Below, piece after piece: positions 1 through 8,977 of a stretch of 54,873 nucleotides of DNA. Position 1 is the first letter of the stretch, and the number at the start of each line of letters is the position of its first letter. Where the stretch lies: positions 1-54,873 of IMG/VR virus record IMGVR_UViG_3300005860_000047; one strand, 5' to 3'. This stretch comes from a virus (taxonomy: Duplodnaviria > Caudoviricetes). The position numbers and the translations under genes were made by a program. The notes beneath the pieces were generated by a model that saw nothing but the letters and a program-made list of their open reading frames with translations, was not told the origin of the DNA and ran no database searches.

Positions 1-116
1 GCGGCTGCGGCTAAGTCGTACCTCGCCGTGGGCATGGCAGCCTTCGCAGTCCAGGTGTTGGTGGCAGGGTCATACTCCTCGTTGGTGGCTACAGCAGCCG
101 TGGTGTACCCTCCCAC
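1..116. repeat. Terminal direct repeat (left copy); contig circularisation overlap
   Basis: 1-116 is identical to 54758-54873 and lies inside the Kelch repeats. Confidence 0.95.
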
Positions 117-260
117 GGCATATAGCTTACCGTTGCCCGGTGCAGCTGCGGCTAAGCCGTACCTCGCCGTGGGCATGGCAGCCTTCGCAGTCCAGCGAAC
201 ATATCTTATTGGCGGTATGACTAAGACATCCATACCACCACCTATTTGCGCCCAACCCAT
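1..260 (-). CDS. Kelch-repeat protein, 5' part (continues across the junction into 54757-54361)
   Basis: ATG at 260: MGWAQIGGGMDVLVIPPIRYVRWTAKAAMPTARYGLAAAAPGNGKLYAVGGY..., joining the 54361-54873 ORF in frame through the overlap. Confidence 0.85.
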   Translation of the reverse strand, partial: MGWAQIGGGMDVLVIPPIRYVRWTAKAAMPTARYGLAAAAPGNGKLYAVGGYTTAAVATNEEYDPATNTWTAKAAMPTARYDLAAA

Positions 261-272
261 ACAACCACCGCC

Positions 273-758
273 CTACGGTAGATATACAAAGAGTTTATTC
301 AGGTCTGTGCGGAAAAACAAAGTATATGGTGGAGGGCTAGTTGGGAAAGTCGTTCCAGCAGGGACACCGCCCAAAGCAAACACCTGCTCTGCTTTCACTT
401 TGTGGGGGTTCGCAGTATCGGCCAAATGTGCATTAAGGGACGACTGCACTGAGTCTACCGATGATTGCGTAGCCAGTTCTGCATAGGTTCCTGCCGTCCA
501 CCTGTTTTCCACACCAGCACCTACCGAATGGGAAGTAGCCGCCGTGCCTTCCTTAGCCCGCTCCACCGTGAAGGAGTTGAGGCTGGCGTTAACTGCGGTG
601 ACCTCCATGATCTCATTGTCTACGGTGATACGGAACGGCGGAGCCGGAAACGCCGACACATCCTGAACGTAAATAGTCGTGTCAGAGGTTCCAACGGCCT
701 GGACCAGAACCGTCCTTGCATTATTAGCCGCGTTCAAGCGAGGCACCCAAACCACCAC
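273..758 (-). CDS. Tail fibre-associated protein
   Basis: NNARTVL...EIMEVTAV...TVERAKEGTAA and HLADTANPHKV motifs typical of fibre N-termini; exact start uncertain. Confidence 0.6.
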   Translation of the reverse strand: MVVWVPRLNAANNARTVLVQAVGTSDTTIYVQDVSAFPAPPFRITVDNEIMEVTAVNASLNSFTVERAKEGTAATSHSVGAGVENRWTAGTYAELATQSSVDSVQSSLNAHLADTANPHKVKAEQVFALGGVPAGTTFPTSPPPYTLFFRTDLNKLFVYLP

Positions 759-759
759 C

Positions 760-1146
760 TTACGCCATGCTGAAGCTCAACTGTCCTGCGGGTAATTTGA
801 GTTGGTCACCGGCGTCGATGGTCTTCGGCGTACTCAAGGCGGCGTAAAAGAGCAAGTTGCCGCCCGTAGCCGCATCCTTCACGCCCACATGCGTAACGGT
901 GCCCCACGCCGCCGTAGCCGCGGGAAACACCACGTCCACACTATTCACCACCTGCCCGCCGGACGCAGGGTTGAACGAAACCGCTTGCCGCGCATAGCCG
1001 CCGCCCGAAACCTCCGTCCCGGTATCGCCCGGTCCGGGATTGCTTGTGTACAAGGCCAGGTAAACGGTGGACGGCGGCGTGTACGCCACGTTCCGCAAGG
1101 AGTGATCAAGCAGCTTGTTAGCCAGGTAAGTGCTTATAGCTGCCAC
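760..1146 (-). CDS. Minor tail/tail-fibre family protein
   Basis: YLALYTSNP...GGGYARQAV...FPAATAAWGTVTH...GGNLLFY, a common phage tail protein pattern. Confidence 0.7.
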   Translation of the reverse strand: MAAISTYLANKLLDHSLRNVAYTPPSTVYLALYTSNPGPGDTGTEVSGGGYARQAVSFNPASGGQVVNSVDVVFPAATAAWGTVTHVGVKDAATGGNLLFYAALSTPKTIDAGDQLKLPAGQLSFSMA

Positions 1147-1158
1147 TGTCGCCCCCTC

Positions 1159-1602
1159 CTAAACCCACACCTTGTCATAGGTGGGCGTTCCTAGAAAAGC
1201 CGCCTGCGGCGGCGTGTGCATCTTTACATCGCCCGGAGCCGAAGACACGTCGCAGTTCGTGTAGACCCCAGGCTGTTCCCAGTCCGACCGGGTATCATAG
1301 CCGAAGGCAAGGTGCGGCTTATCTACGTAAAGCGTCGTCCCCGCCGCAATAACTAGCCTAGTGGTGCCATCGGCACGGTAGTAAGGAGCCAAGCCGACCA
1401 CAGGGTTGCTGTCGAAGTCCGCGCTAAAACGTTTCCTTACGCCGCTACGAGGCTTGACCTTGCCCTCCAGCGTGTAGACGACGTTGGTCGCTTCAACCAA
1501 AGCGTCGTCCGGTATGGACGAAGGGTGTCCCGTCCGCAGGCCGCCGGAGAAGTCCCGTACCTGAAGCGCCTGGTAACCGTCGCCCGTCTGCTTCCGCGCC
1601 AC
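1159..1602 (-). CDS. N-terminal portion of a podovirus nozzle/DNA-stabilisation protein
   Basis: DFSGGL...IPDDALVEATNVVYTLEGKVKPRSG nozzle-type N-terminus directly after the adaptor; only 147 aa. Confidence 0.55.
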   Translation of the reverse strand: MARKQTGDGYQALQVRDFSGGLRTGHPSSIPDDALVEATNVVYTLEGKVKPRSGVRKRFSADFDSNPVVGLAPYYRADGTTRLVIAAGTTLYVDKPHLAFGYDTRSDWEQPGVYTNCDVSSAPGDVKMHTPPQAAFLGTPTYDKVWV

Positions 1603-1605
1603 GGC

Positions 1606-2208
1606 TTACCACCACTCCCTGCTGATGTTGTTGGTGAACGGATTGCGCTGGGCGTCGAGCACAGCCCACTCCGCCCTGAGCGACAGGTACACGTCCCGCC
1701 ACCGCTCGGCCTCTGCCACGTTGCCGTCGATGTGCCACAGGCGCCAGGTAGCGTAGGCCACAAGCAGATGGTCAACGTCCTCATAAGAAGGAACATCGTC
1801 AGGGTCAACCAACGCAGACGGACGCGCCGTGCCTACAATGGTAAGAGTTCCGTCACGCGGCGGCACGGGCCGAAGATAAACCACGTTGCCTGCAAAGTAC
1901 AAGTCTTCAGGGAACCCCGTTATCCACTCCGTCTCCTCCGGCATTCCCGCGTGTATTCCAAGCTCCCACTGCTCGGTGTCAATGCGGAAGTAAGCACGGT
2001 TGGGAGCCAGGAGGCCGCTCGGCCGCTGGACGGAGTCTGTGTTGGCCAGAACGCTCACGGTAAAAGGAACTAAAGAATACGAAAAAGGCTTGAGGTTGTC
2101 CAGCCCCTCGTTTAGGTAGGTGGTGATCACCGAATCCGGCCACCTGCGGCCTTCGGGGTCGTACACGTTATCTCTTACCCTCGCTATTAGCTCCTGTAGC
2201 GTCGCCAT
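1606..2208 (-). CDS. Head-tail adaptor
   Basis: MATLQELIARVRDNVYDPEGRRWPDSVITTYLNEG; downstream of the capsid gene. Confidence 0.65.
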   Translation of the reverse strand: MATLQELIARVRDNVYDPEGRRWPDSVITTYLNEGLDNLKPFSYSLVPFTVSVLANTDSVQRPSGLLAPNRAYFRIDTEQWELGIHAGMPEETEWITGFPEDLYFAGNVVYLRPVPPRDGTLTIVGTARPSALVDPDDVPSYEDVDHLLVAYATWRLWHIDGNVAEAERWRDVYLSLRAEWAVLDAQRNPFTNNISREWW

Positions 2209-2590
2209 CTTTCTTCTCCGGCCTCCAACCGGGAACCACAGGCGTATCCGCAAACTTCATAACGTCGCGGCTGGCGTCCTCAAGCTCGTAAAGCCCTTTC
2301 CAGTAGCGCCGTTCCCTCTCATACTCGATCTCGTCTATCCTGCGAAGCAGCAACTTGTAGGGGTTTCCGGTGCGCCAGGCCCGCCAGTAAGCAGCGGCGA
2401 AATCATACTCCGCCCGCGCATCCAGCGTGGCGTAGCGAGCCATTAAATAGGGGGTGGACGCTGCGTCCACCCCCCAAACCTCAAACTGCTGTGTCTCGGT
2501 GTTGAAGTACACCTTGATGTTCGGGTCCCGCGTTACCTCCCGCAACCTGCGCGGGATGTCCAGCACGTGGCTCTCTACCGGGATACGCAC
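2168..2590 (-). CDS. Hypothetical protein
   Basis: Co-oriented, overlapping ORF in the head operon. Confidence 0.6.
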   Translation of the reverse strand: MRIPVESHVLDIPRRLREVTRDPNIKVYFNTETQQFEVWGVDAASTPYLMARYATLDARAEYDFAAAYWRAWRTGNPYKLLLRRIDEIEYERERRYWKGLYELEDASRDVMKFADTPVVPGWRPEKKDGDATGANSEGKR

Positions 2591-2805
2591 TACCTGACCA
2601 CCACCTGCTCCGAAGTAAGAGCAGGCAAGGACGGCCCCGCTCCCGTAGTGGCGTTCTGCGTATAAGAGGCCGCCAGGTTCTCAGTATGGGTGTGCTGGTG
2701 AAGGGCAGCCCGCAAAGCCGCCACGTCCGCCTGGAGAGCGTTAAACTGCTGAAGCAACTTGGCGATGAGGTCAGCGGGGCAGTCTTTGTAGGTGTAGACC
2801 GGCAT
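2590..2805 (-). CDS. Hypothetical virion protein
   Basis: GGAGGTG RBS; directly follows the capsid gene. Confidence 0.6.
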   Translation of the reverse strand: MPVYTYKDCPADLIAKLLQQFNALQADVAALRAALHQHTHTENLAASYTQNATTGAGPSLPALTSEQVVVR

Positions 2806-2817
2806 CCGCTACACCTC

Positions 2818-4050
2818 CTACGCCTCGGCGATGTTGATCATCTTGGCAAGGCGGTTACGCGCGAAGGCGCAGAGCTGCATGTCCCAAATCCACACAGCCT
2901 GGTAGCCGCGCTGGCCGTCCCAGTGGACGATGCTGCCGCCGAGGTCCTGCCAGCCGGGAGGAATAACCTCGCAAATCTTCAAGCCAGACTTCTCGATGAA
3001 GTAGGCCGTACCGGGCGGGCAGTCCTTGTCGCGGCCCAGAGGAACGCCGTTCCAGTCGATGCCCTCGAAGCCGCCGGGCAACGTGACGGGATTGCTCTGG
3101 ACAGGTATCCGCTTGAAGCTAGTCAGGTAGTTCGCCGCAGCGGTCTGCACGCCGGAAGAAGCAACGATGAAGTCGATCTTCCCACCGTTGTCTTCCACAG
3201 CGTTGAACACTTGCTGGAACAGCGACAAGCTCGGCGCGGCTCCGCCGGCGTCGAAAGCGCCATCGGCGTTGGTTAGCCCGGCCACATAACCGGCTGGAGA
3301 CCACTCTTCGTAACCCGGCGTAGCGGGGTCTACACCGCCAAGCGGCCTCGTGCTCACGATGACGTCAAGCCCAAGCATTTCGTCGTTGTAGCTGCCGCTG
3401 ATCACGACGATGCACTTGCCAGTGGTCTGCACGCTGGCACCGCTGATAGTAATGCTAGTAGGAGTCTTGGCAATTACCTGGCGCTCAGTAGCCACGTACT
3501 GCCCGGTCTGCGTGTTCACGATGTCGATATACTGCCCGTTAGTAGCGTGAGCGTAAATCCACTTGGTCGTGTCCACAGGTATGGTCGTTCCAGCCGAACT
3601 CATGTTGCCGCACTGCGCCAGCTTGCCGGAACCGTCGCCGAAGAGCTGGCGGTTAATGGACTGGCGCAATCCTTGGATAACGGAATCCATTTCCATAGCG
3701 GGAATGGCCTTCCAGCCGCCATCCGGATCGGCGCCAGCGTTCTTGGCCCGGAAGCTGAACTTGAAGGTCGCCGTGTGCTGCTTGCTGTAGTAGTTGGCCT
3801 GTACGACCGTGGACCGGCCGGCCACAGGCAGCTTACCGTACTCGCCGGTAGTGTTGTACCCCTGCGCCAGGCCCACCATAATGGGCACGGTTATGAGCGT
3901 GGCGCCTCCCGGCTGAGTCACGGTAAAATTTGGAGTGCGTTCCAGCTCGTTCAGCGTGGCAACGGGCTTGACCACATACTCAAACATCGCCTCGTTGCTG
4001 TAAACGGTCTTAAGTGCTTGCTCGTAGTAAAGTACCTGGGTGTCAGGCAT
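2818..4050 (-). CDS. Major capsid protein
   Basis: 410 aa; RQSINRQLFGDGSG, GFEGIDWNGVP..DKDCP; follows scaffold; strong RBS. Confidence 0.85.
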   Translation of the reverse strand: MPDTQVLYYEQALKTVYSNEAMFEYVVKPVATLNELERTPNFTVTQPGGATLITVPIMVGLAQGYNTTGEYGKLPVAGRSTVVQANYYSKQHTATFKFSFRAKNAGADPDGGWKAIPAMEMDSVIQGLRQSINRQLFGDGSGKLAQCGNMSSAGTTIPVDTTKWIYAHATNGQYIDIVNTQTGQYVATERQVIAKTPTSITISGASVQTTGKCIVVISGSYNDEMLGLDVIVSTRPLGGVDPATPGYEEWSPAGYVAGLTNADGAFDAGGAAPSLSLFQQVFNAVEDNGGKIDFIVASSGVQTAAANYLTSFKRIPVQSNPVTLPGGFEGIDWNGVPLGRDKDCPPGTAYFIEKSGLKICEVIPPGWQDLGGSIVHWDGQRGYQAVWIWDMQLCAFARNRLAKMINIAEA

Positions 4051-4079
4051 GTGATCTCAACCTCCTTTTCAAAATTTGG

Positions 4080-4880
4080 TTACGCCCCAGGTGTTTGGTT
4101 CAGAGTGCGCCAGAGTTCCTTCAACCTTTCCATTCGCTCCGCCGTGGTGCGCGGCACGGGCGGCTTCTCTTCCGCCGCAGCGGCCATGCCCCCGCGCCCT
4201 TCCACAGGTGGGGCCTGCTGCGCCTGCTTGGCCGCAGCCGCAAGCAGCCTGTCCCTGAGCGGAGTGTCGCCGCCGTGCAGCGTCTCGCTCAGAGCCGCGA
4301 GCAAAGCCAGCTCGTGCGGCGGCACCTTGCCCTCAAGGATCGCCGCGTACTTCTCCAACACCGGCTTCTCAAGCTCGTCGAACTTCTCCGGCAGCACGTC
4401 GCCGTAATGCCTGCGAAGCTGATCGTATCGCTGCCGCAACTGCGCCAGCTCTCTGTCGAGCTGGTAGTCGGCCAGCGGCCGCTGCATCTGGCTCACGGCC
4501 TGCTCAAGCGCCGCCAAGCGTTGCAGCAACTCCTGCGGCACCTGCTGATCGGCAACCGGAACGGCAACAGGCTGCGGCGGCACCTGAGCCGCGCCAGGCG
4601 AAGCAGCCGCGCCAGTGTCAGGCGCTGCGGGCGCAGCCGGAATTCCTTCCACTCCTTGCACTTGCTCACCCCCGCCAAAATGCTGTTCTATGAGGTCGGC
4701 AATTTTGCCGGCCAGCACCGGGTCGGCCTGCATAAGCTCGGCCAGCGAACTGGCCAGCTCGTTTGCGCCGCCTTGACCAGTCGCAGCAGCTTCTCCACCG
4801 CGGGAAGGCTGCTGCTCGTCGGGCTGCGCAGCAGACGCTATCAGACCCTTGAGGTCCTGGTTACCTCCCTCCTGCGGCAC
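4080..4880 (-). CDS. Capsid scaffolding protein
   Basis: A/Q/P-rich helical protein between portal and capsid. Confidence 0.65.
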   Translation of the reverse strand: MPQEGGNQDLKGLIASAAQPDEQQPSRGGEAAATGQGGANELASSLAELMQADPVLAGKIADLIEQHFGGGEQVQGVEGIPAAPAAPDTGAAASPGAAQVPPQPVAVPVADQQVPQELLQRLAALEQAVSQMQRPLADYQLDRELAQLRQRYDQLRRHYGDVLPEKFDELEKPVLEKYAAILEGKVPPHELALLAALSETLHGGDTPLRDRLLAAAAKQAQQAPPVEGRGGMAAAAEEKPPVPRTTAERMERLKELWRTLNQTPGA

Positions 4881-6633
4881 TCACTTCACCTCCTTCCGCA
4901 ACTCGTTGGCTTTGCTGTTGCACTGCTTGCAAAAACTGTTGGTGAACCGCCACATGTCTAGCAAACAGCTCCTTTCTCTCAGGCGGCAGTTGCTCGTAAG
5001 CCTCCGTCTTGCGGAAGCGGTTGTGCTCTATCAGGTGCAGCATATGGTTGTGGAAATCTTCGGGCATGACGGCCACGCCCTCGGCCATCCTTGCGTTTTC
5101 CCGCTGCGCCTGGGCCTCGTCCAGGTCCGCGTCGGTGAACATTTCTTCCTTGGAACCGTACTTAAGCAACCGCACCAAAAGCCGCGGGTCCTGAATGATC
5201 CCGCGGTCGAACAAGGCGAAAAGCCTCTTCTCCTCCTCGGCGCTCGGCGGCGCGGTCTCCAAGTCAATCGTTACCTTCACCTGAGCGTCAGGCGGGATGT
5301 CGCTCCCGCGAATAATAAAGGCGGCGTTGTTTCCGCCGCCCAACTGCCTCGGAAGGCTCATGTATTTCCTGGCCAACTTCAAAGCGTTCGTCAAGGCCGC
5401 TTCGATCATCTCGGTGTATCCCTGGAGAGCCACCTGCCGACGCTGGTCTTCCAACGCCGCCAGAGCCGAGAGCTGCTGCGCCGACCGAACGTTCCTGGGC
5501 ACCCCTCCTCTGGTCAGCGCCGTCACCCCTGCTTGCTCGTCGGCCTCCTGCTCCAACCGCACAAGCATATTCACCGCCTGCGCCGGGAAAGGTTCTATCT
5601 TCAACTGTTCCAGTTTTCCACCCTGAAGTACCAGCGGGTTGTAAGAAATCACCTCGCCGGGATTCATCTTCACCTCGCCGGTTATCGCGCCCATCGGCGC
5701 AAGCAGCGGCGGGTTGGACAGCTTGACCGCGTTTTCGAGGATGTCGCTACGCAAACGGTTGTAAAGCACGTTCACCTGCCGAGAGTCCGAAACCCACGTA
5801 ATCCCGTAGAACTCGCCGGGTACCGGAGTGTGAACCACAGCTGCGTAGGGTATGGGACAGGTGTCAGCGTAAGGGTTCGGCCCTTCGTACAGAACCGTGT
5901 TGCCGGAGTACACTAAGTAATACCCTTCCGGATTCTCGGGGTTCGGCTTCTCCCAATACTCGCAGACGGTGGTGGACGGCAGCCTCGAAGTGTTCAAGTT
6001 TACCCTCAGCGCCCCCAAAACGCTCATCAGCATGCTCGTCGCCGGAGCGCCGCTCACGTCCTTGCCGTACTTCTGCTTGACGTACTGCCTCGACCGCACG
6101 CGCTCTTGAATAACCCAACTAGCCTCGGACAGGTCACGGGCGTAGGGGTCAACCAGAATCTCGAAAGGAGAACACACATCCACAACCGGATCGCCGCCTC
6201 TGATCTCGCCGTAAACCGGTCCGGCGTCGGGGTCGTAGTAGGTCTTCACAAAACCCGTCCCGGTGACTATAGCCCACAGAAGAGCTTCCCGGAACGACTT
6301 CTCGTACCCATAAGTGCGCCACAGGTAGTCCAGGTAGTAGTAAATCGCCTTCGAGGCGGCCGCCGACGGGCACTCGACGCGGAAAACAGGCGTCGCTTTC
6401 GTCAAGGCCGCGTACTCAAGCCTCACCCGCGGGGTTATGATGTTCGAGACGAGCCGCGGCTGCCCTCTGCGCTCGGGAAGCGTCAAACGCAGGGTGTTGT
6501 AGCGCTTGTCGTAGGCCACCCACTGCTCGCCCAAAACGAAGGCCAGGTTCAGCCACCACTGGCGCTCGTAAAGCCGCCTAGCCTCCCTGGCCGCCTCGTA
6601 CTTTTTCTTAACCTCCGCTAGAGAAACCGCCAT
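4861..6633 (-). CDS. Portal protein
   Basis: 590 aa; WAIVTGTGFVK, SPFEILVDPYA, DFHNHMLHLIEHNRFRK, typical of podovirus-like portals. Confidence 0.85.
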   Translation of the reverse strand: MAVSLAEVKKKYEAAREARRLYERQWWLNLAFVLGEQWVAYDKRYNTLRLTLPERRGQPRLVSNIITPRVRLEYAALTKATPVFRVECPSAAASKAIYYYLDYLWRTYGYEKSFREALLWAIVTGTGFVKTYYDPDAGPVYGEIRGGDPVVDVCSPFEILVDPYARDLSEASWVIQERVRSRQYVKQKYGKDVSGAPATSMLMSVLGALRVNLNTSRLPSTTVCEYWEKPNPENPEGYYLVYSGNTVLYEGPNPYADTCPIPYAAVVHTPVPGEFYGITWVSDSRQVNVLYNRLRSDILENAVKLSNPPLLAPMGAITGEVKMNPGEVISYNPLVLQGGKLEQLKIEPFPAQAVNMLVRLEQEADEQAGVTALTRGGVPRNVRSAQQLSALAALEDQRRQVALQGYTEMIEAALTNALKLARKYMSLPRQLGGGNNAAFIIRGSDIPPDAQVKVTIDLETAPPSAEEEKRLFALFDRGIIQDPRLLVRLLKYGSKEEMFTDADLDEAQAQRENARMAEGVAVMPEDFHNHMLHLIEHNRFRKTEAYEQLPPERKELFARHVAVHQQFLQAVQQQSQRVAEGGEVSAAGGR

Positions 6634-6645
6634 ACGTTCACCGCC

Positions 6646-7662
6646 TTACTGCGCCTGTCCGAGCCGCCGCAGCACCCCCAGGCGCGCCAGGTACAGTCTC
6701 CACAGCGGGTCGGCTTGCATCCACATCGGCACGGCACCGCCGCTCAGAATGCCTTGGAACTGTGGACTGGCTAAGTAAGCCTTGATCCCTTCATCCTCTT
6801 TCCCAAAAACCTGCTTGTACAAGTCGTAGAGTTTGTCCACAGACGGAAGATAAGGCAGAGCCGCGGCCTGCTGCACAAACCCTCCGGGCGTGCTCGGAAG
6901 GGCGCTCTTGGGCTGCTCCTGCGGCTGGGCCGCCTGCACGTCCTCAGCAGGTGTTATGCCTTGCAAGGTCGGCGGCTGCTGAATGCTTACCGGCTGCACG
7001 GCCTGGATCGCCTCCTGGAGCCTGGCGTTTATGGCGTCCAGAGTCGGCAGGCTGGCAAGGGCGGACTGGAACCGTTGCTGCAAGTCGCCGAGCTGCCCCT
7101 GAAGCCAGCTCTTCGCTTCTTCGGCGCCCTGCGCCCTGCCCTGCTCGAACGCCTGCCGGACGTCCTCCTCGGTATATGTCTTCGCAGGCTGCTGCGCCTG
7201 CTGCGCCTGCCGCGCAAGATCGGCCACCGCATAAACCTGAGACGAAAGCTGCCCAGGACCGGACCATATAACGTCAGGGCTGTGCGAAACACCCTTCTGC
7301 GATAAATAGGTCTTGAGCGTATCCACCTGCTCCTGTGACAACAGAGGAACCGTCACCGGGTTGCCGTAAGCATCGGTTATGGTGAAAGTACCGGGCGGGC
7401 TTGTGACCCGCGTGGCAGGAGCGTAAGTAGTGCCGCTGCTTTTACTAGCAGAGGAACCAGCCCCAGAACCGCTTTTAGTACTAGAACTACTGCCGGAAGA
7501 AGAACCACCGCCGCTTGAGAAATACTGTGGGTACGCCGCCTTGAACGCGGCGGCAGCAGCGGGGTCGGAGAGCTTCTGTCCGCTTGCTTCCTTCTGTTTT
7601 ATCGCCGAAGCATAGGCTTCAGGACTGCCGAAGTACTTGATGTAGTCCTGATAAGTAGCCAC
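6646..7662 (-). CDS. Hypothetical protein sharing its N-terminal module with 49475-51019
   Basis: [19 protein letters not shown] then a Ser/Gly linker. Confidence 0.7.
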   Translation of the reverse strand: MATYQDYIKYFGSPEAYASAIKQKEASGQKLSDPAAAAAFKAAYPQYFSSGGGSSSGSSSSTKSGSGAGSSASKSSGTTYAPATRVTSPPGTFTITDAYGNPVTVPLLSQEQVDTLKTYLSQKGVSHSPDVIWSGPGQLSSQVYAVADLARQAQQAQQPAKTYTEEDVRQAFEQGRAQGAEEAKSWLQGQLGDLQQRFQSALASLPTLDAINARLQEAIQAVQPVSIQQPPTLQGITPAEDVQAAQPQEQPKSALPSTPGGFVQQAAALPYLPSVDKLYDLYKQVFGKEDEGIKAYLASPQFQGILSGGAVPMWMQADPLWRLYLARLGVLRRLGQAQ

Positions 7663-7665
7663 CGC

Positions 7666-7917
7666 CTACACCCCCGCTTCCAACTCCTGCAACTCCTCCG
7701 CCCGGTCAAGCTCCTCCCTGGTAATCGTTTCCAGGGCCTCGGCGGTCTTGTACTGGCCGAAGTCACGCGCCATCAGGCGGTCGAGAAGCTGCGCCCTCTC
7801 CTTGCGCTCGTAATCCAGAAGCTCCACAACGCGCTTCCAATGCTGCCGCGTCTCGTAAAGCAAGAATACCATCGCCGCGAACCAGCACACCACCGCCGCC
7901 GCAAGGGCTTCCGTCAT
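7666..7917 (-). CDS. Small protein with N-terminal TM helix
   Basis: GAGGGGG RBS; hydrophobic N-terminus then coiled coil. Confidence 0.55.
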   Translation of the reverse strand: MTEALAAAVVCWFAAMVFLLYETRQHWKRVVELLDYERKERAQLLDRLMARDFGQYKTAEALETITREELDRAEELQELEAGV

Positions 7918-8192
7918 TCGCTTCTCCCCCCTCGGCGCTTGTGCTCGCGGTGGTGGGCGAGGAACGCGCCCCTGTTGTCGAACTCGGCCCCGCACTTGCC
8001 GCAGACGTACGCCTCCCCGCCGTCGCCCGCGTCCCGCGCTAAAACTACCTCGGAAATCTTCCTCGCGCAGTCAAAACAAATTATGTCAAACCCATGCACG
8101 ACGCACTCGCGGTTCTTCCCGCCTATAGGAGCCTGGCAGAACAGGCAGCAGCCGATTGTGCCAATAGAATACTCGAAATCGAGAAACATCAA
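7914..8192 (-). CDS. Zinc-finger protein
   Basis: CxxC pairs and C2H2 motif CGKC...HHREH. Confidence 0.6.
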   Translation of the reverse strand: MMFLDFEYSIGTIGCCLFCQAPIGGKNRECVVHGFDIICFDCARKISEVVLARDAGDGGEAYVCGKCGAEFDNRGAFLAHHREHKRRGGRSE

Positions 8193-8380
8193 TCACCCTT
8201 CTTTCTCGACAACCGCCTTAATATGGCGGCGCGCTTGTGAGGGTCTTTGATTTTCTTGGCCGCCTCGCGGGCCTTCGCGTAGCTTATCGCGGCCGCCTGG
8301 CGTCGGTCGTATCCCTCTCTTACAAGCTGCCGTATCCGCTCAGAAATAGCTTTTTGGGAATAACCACCCACTAAAGGCAC
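8189..8380 (-). CDS. Small basic phage protein
   Basis: MPL..GYSQKAISERIRQLVREGY..RQAAAISY. Confidence 0.6.
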   Translation of the reverse strand: MPLVGGYSQKAISERIRQLVREGYDRRQAAAISYAKAREAAKKIKDPHKRAAILRRLSRKKGD

Positions 8381-8392
8381 AGCACATCACCC

Positions 8393-8977
8393 CTACTTGT
8401 ACACCACGGTCACGTCTCCCGGAGTCCCGCTTATCACCACTGTCAGGCCGTTGTTGAAGGCCACGTCGTACGGATAATGTCCCGCAGCCTTGACGACCCC
8501 TATCACCGCCGCCCCGTCGCGCAGCTCCACCGCCATTCCCGTGCCCGCGTCTCCGACGTTGACGGCGTGCAGCACTCCGGGACCGCTCTTCACCTGCGTC
8601 CCGGCAGTCGCCGCGTTGAAGTGCGCGTAGGAATAAGGACCCAGGCCCTTGGCGTCGAAGTAGCCGAGAGCCGTCACCGCGCCGCCCCTGTACTTCCTCA
8701 CCACGGGGCGGATGTACCTCACGGCTTCCACATCGAAGTAAACCGCGTTGGGATACGAAACGAAGTCCACAATGCCCTTCCCGCAGGCGAGCTTTCCTTC
8801 AAACGGGAACCAGTCCGTTCCGTTCAGGCTGGCTTCAAACCTCACGTCGGCCGCAAAACTGCCCAAAACCTGAATGACGGCCTTGTTGACGTCGGTGCAG
8901 TCCATAGCCTGCCCCGGACCGTCCGCCGCAGCGTTGTTGAGCAATGTGAACAGAGGCAACCCAAACACCTCCCGCAT
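8393..8977 (-). CDS. Beta-rich hypothetical protein, possibly a head decoration
   Basis: ATG overlaps the terL stop; VRFEASLNGTDWF jelly-roll-like motif. Confidence 0.55.
   Translation of the reverse strand: MREVFGLPLFTLLNNAAADGPGQAMDCTDVNKAVIQVLGSFAADVRFEASLNGTDWFPFEGKLACGKGIVDFVSYPNAVYFDVEAVRYIRPVVRKYRGGAVTALGYFDAKGLGPYSYAHFNAATAGTQVKSGPGVLHAVNVGDAGTGMAVELRDGAAVIGVVKAAGHYPYDVAFNNGLTVVISGTPGDVTVVYK

Noticed and set aside
1-116. Biological terminal repeat of the virion DNA
   Set aside because: It falls mid-gene within a tandem repeat, so an assembly overlap is more likely
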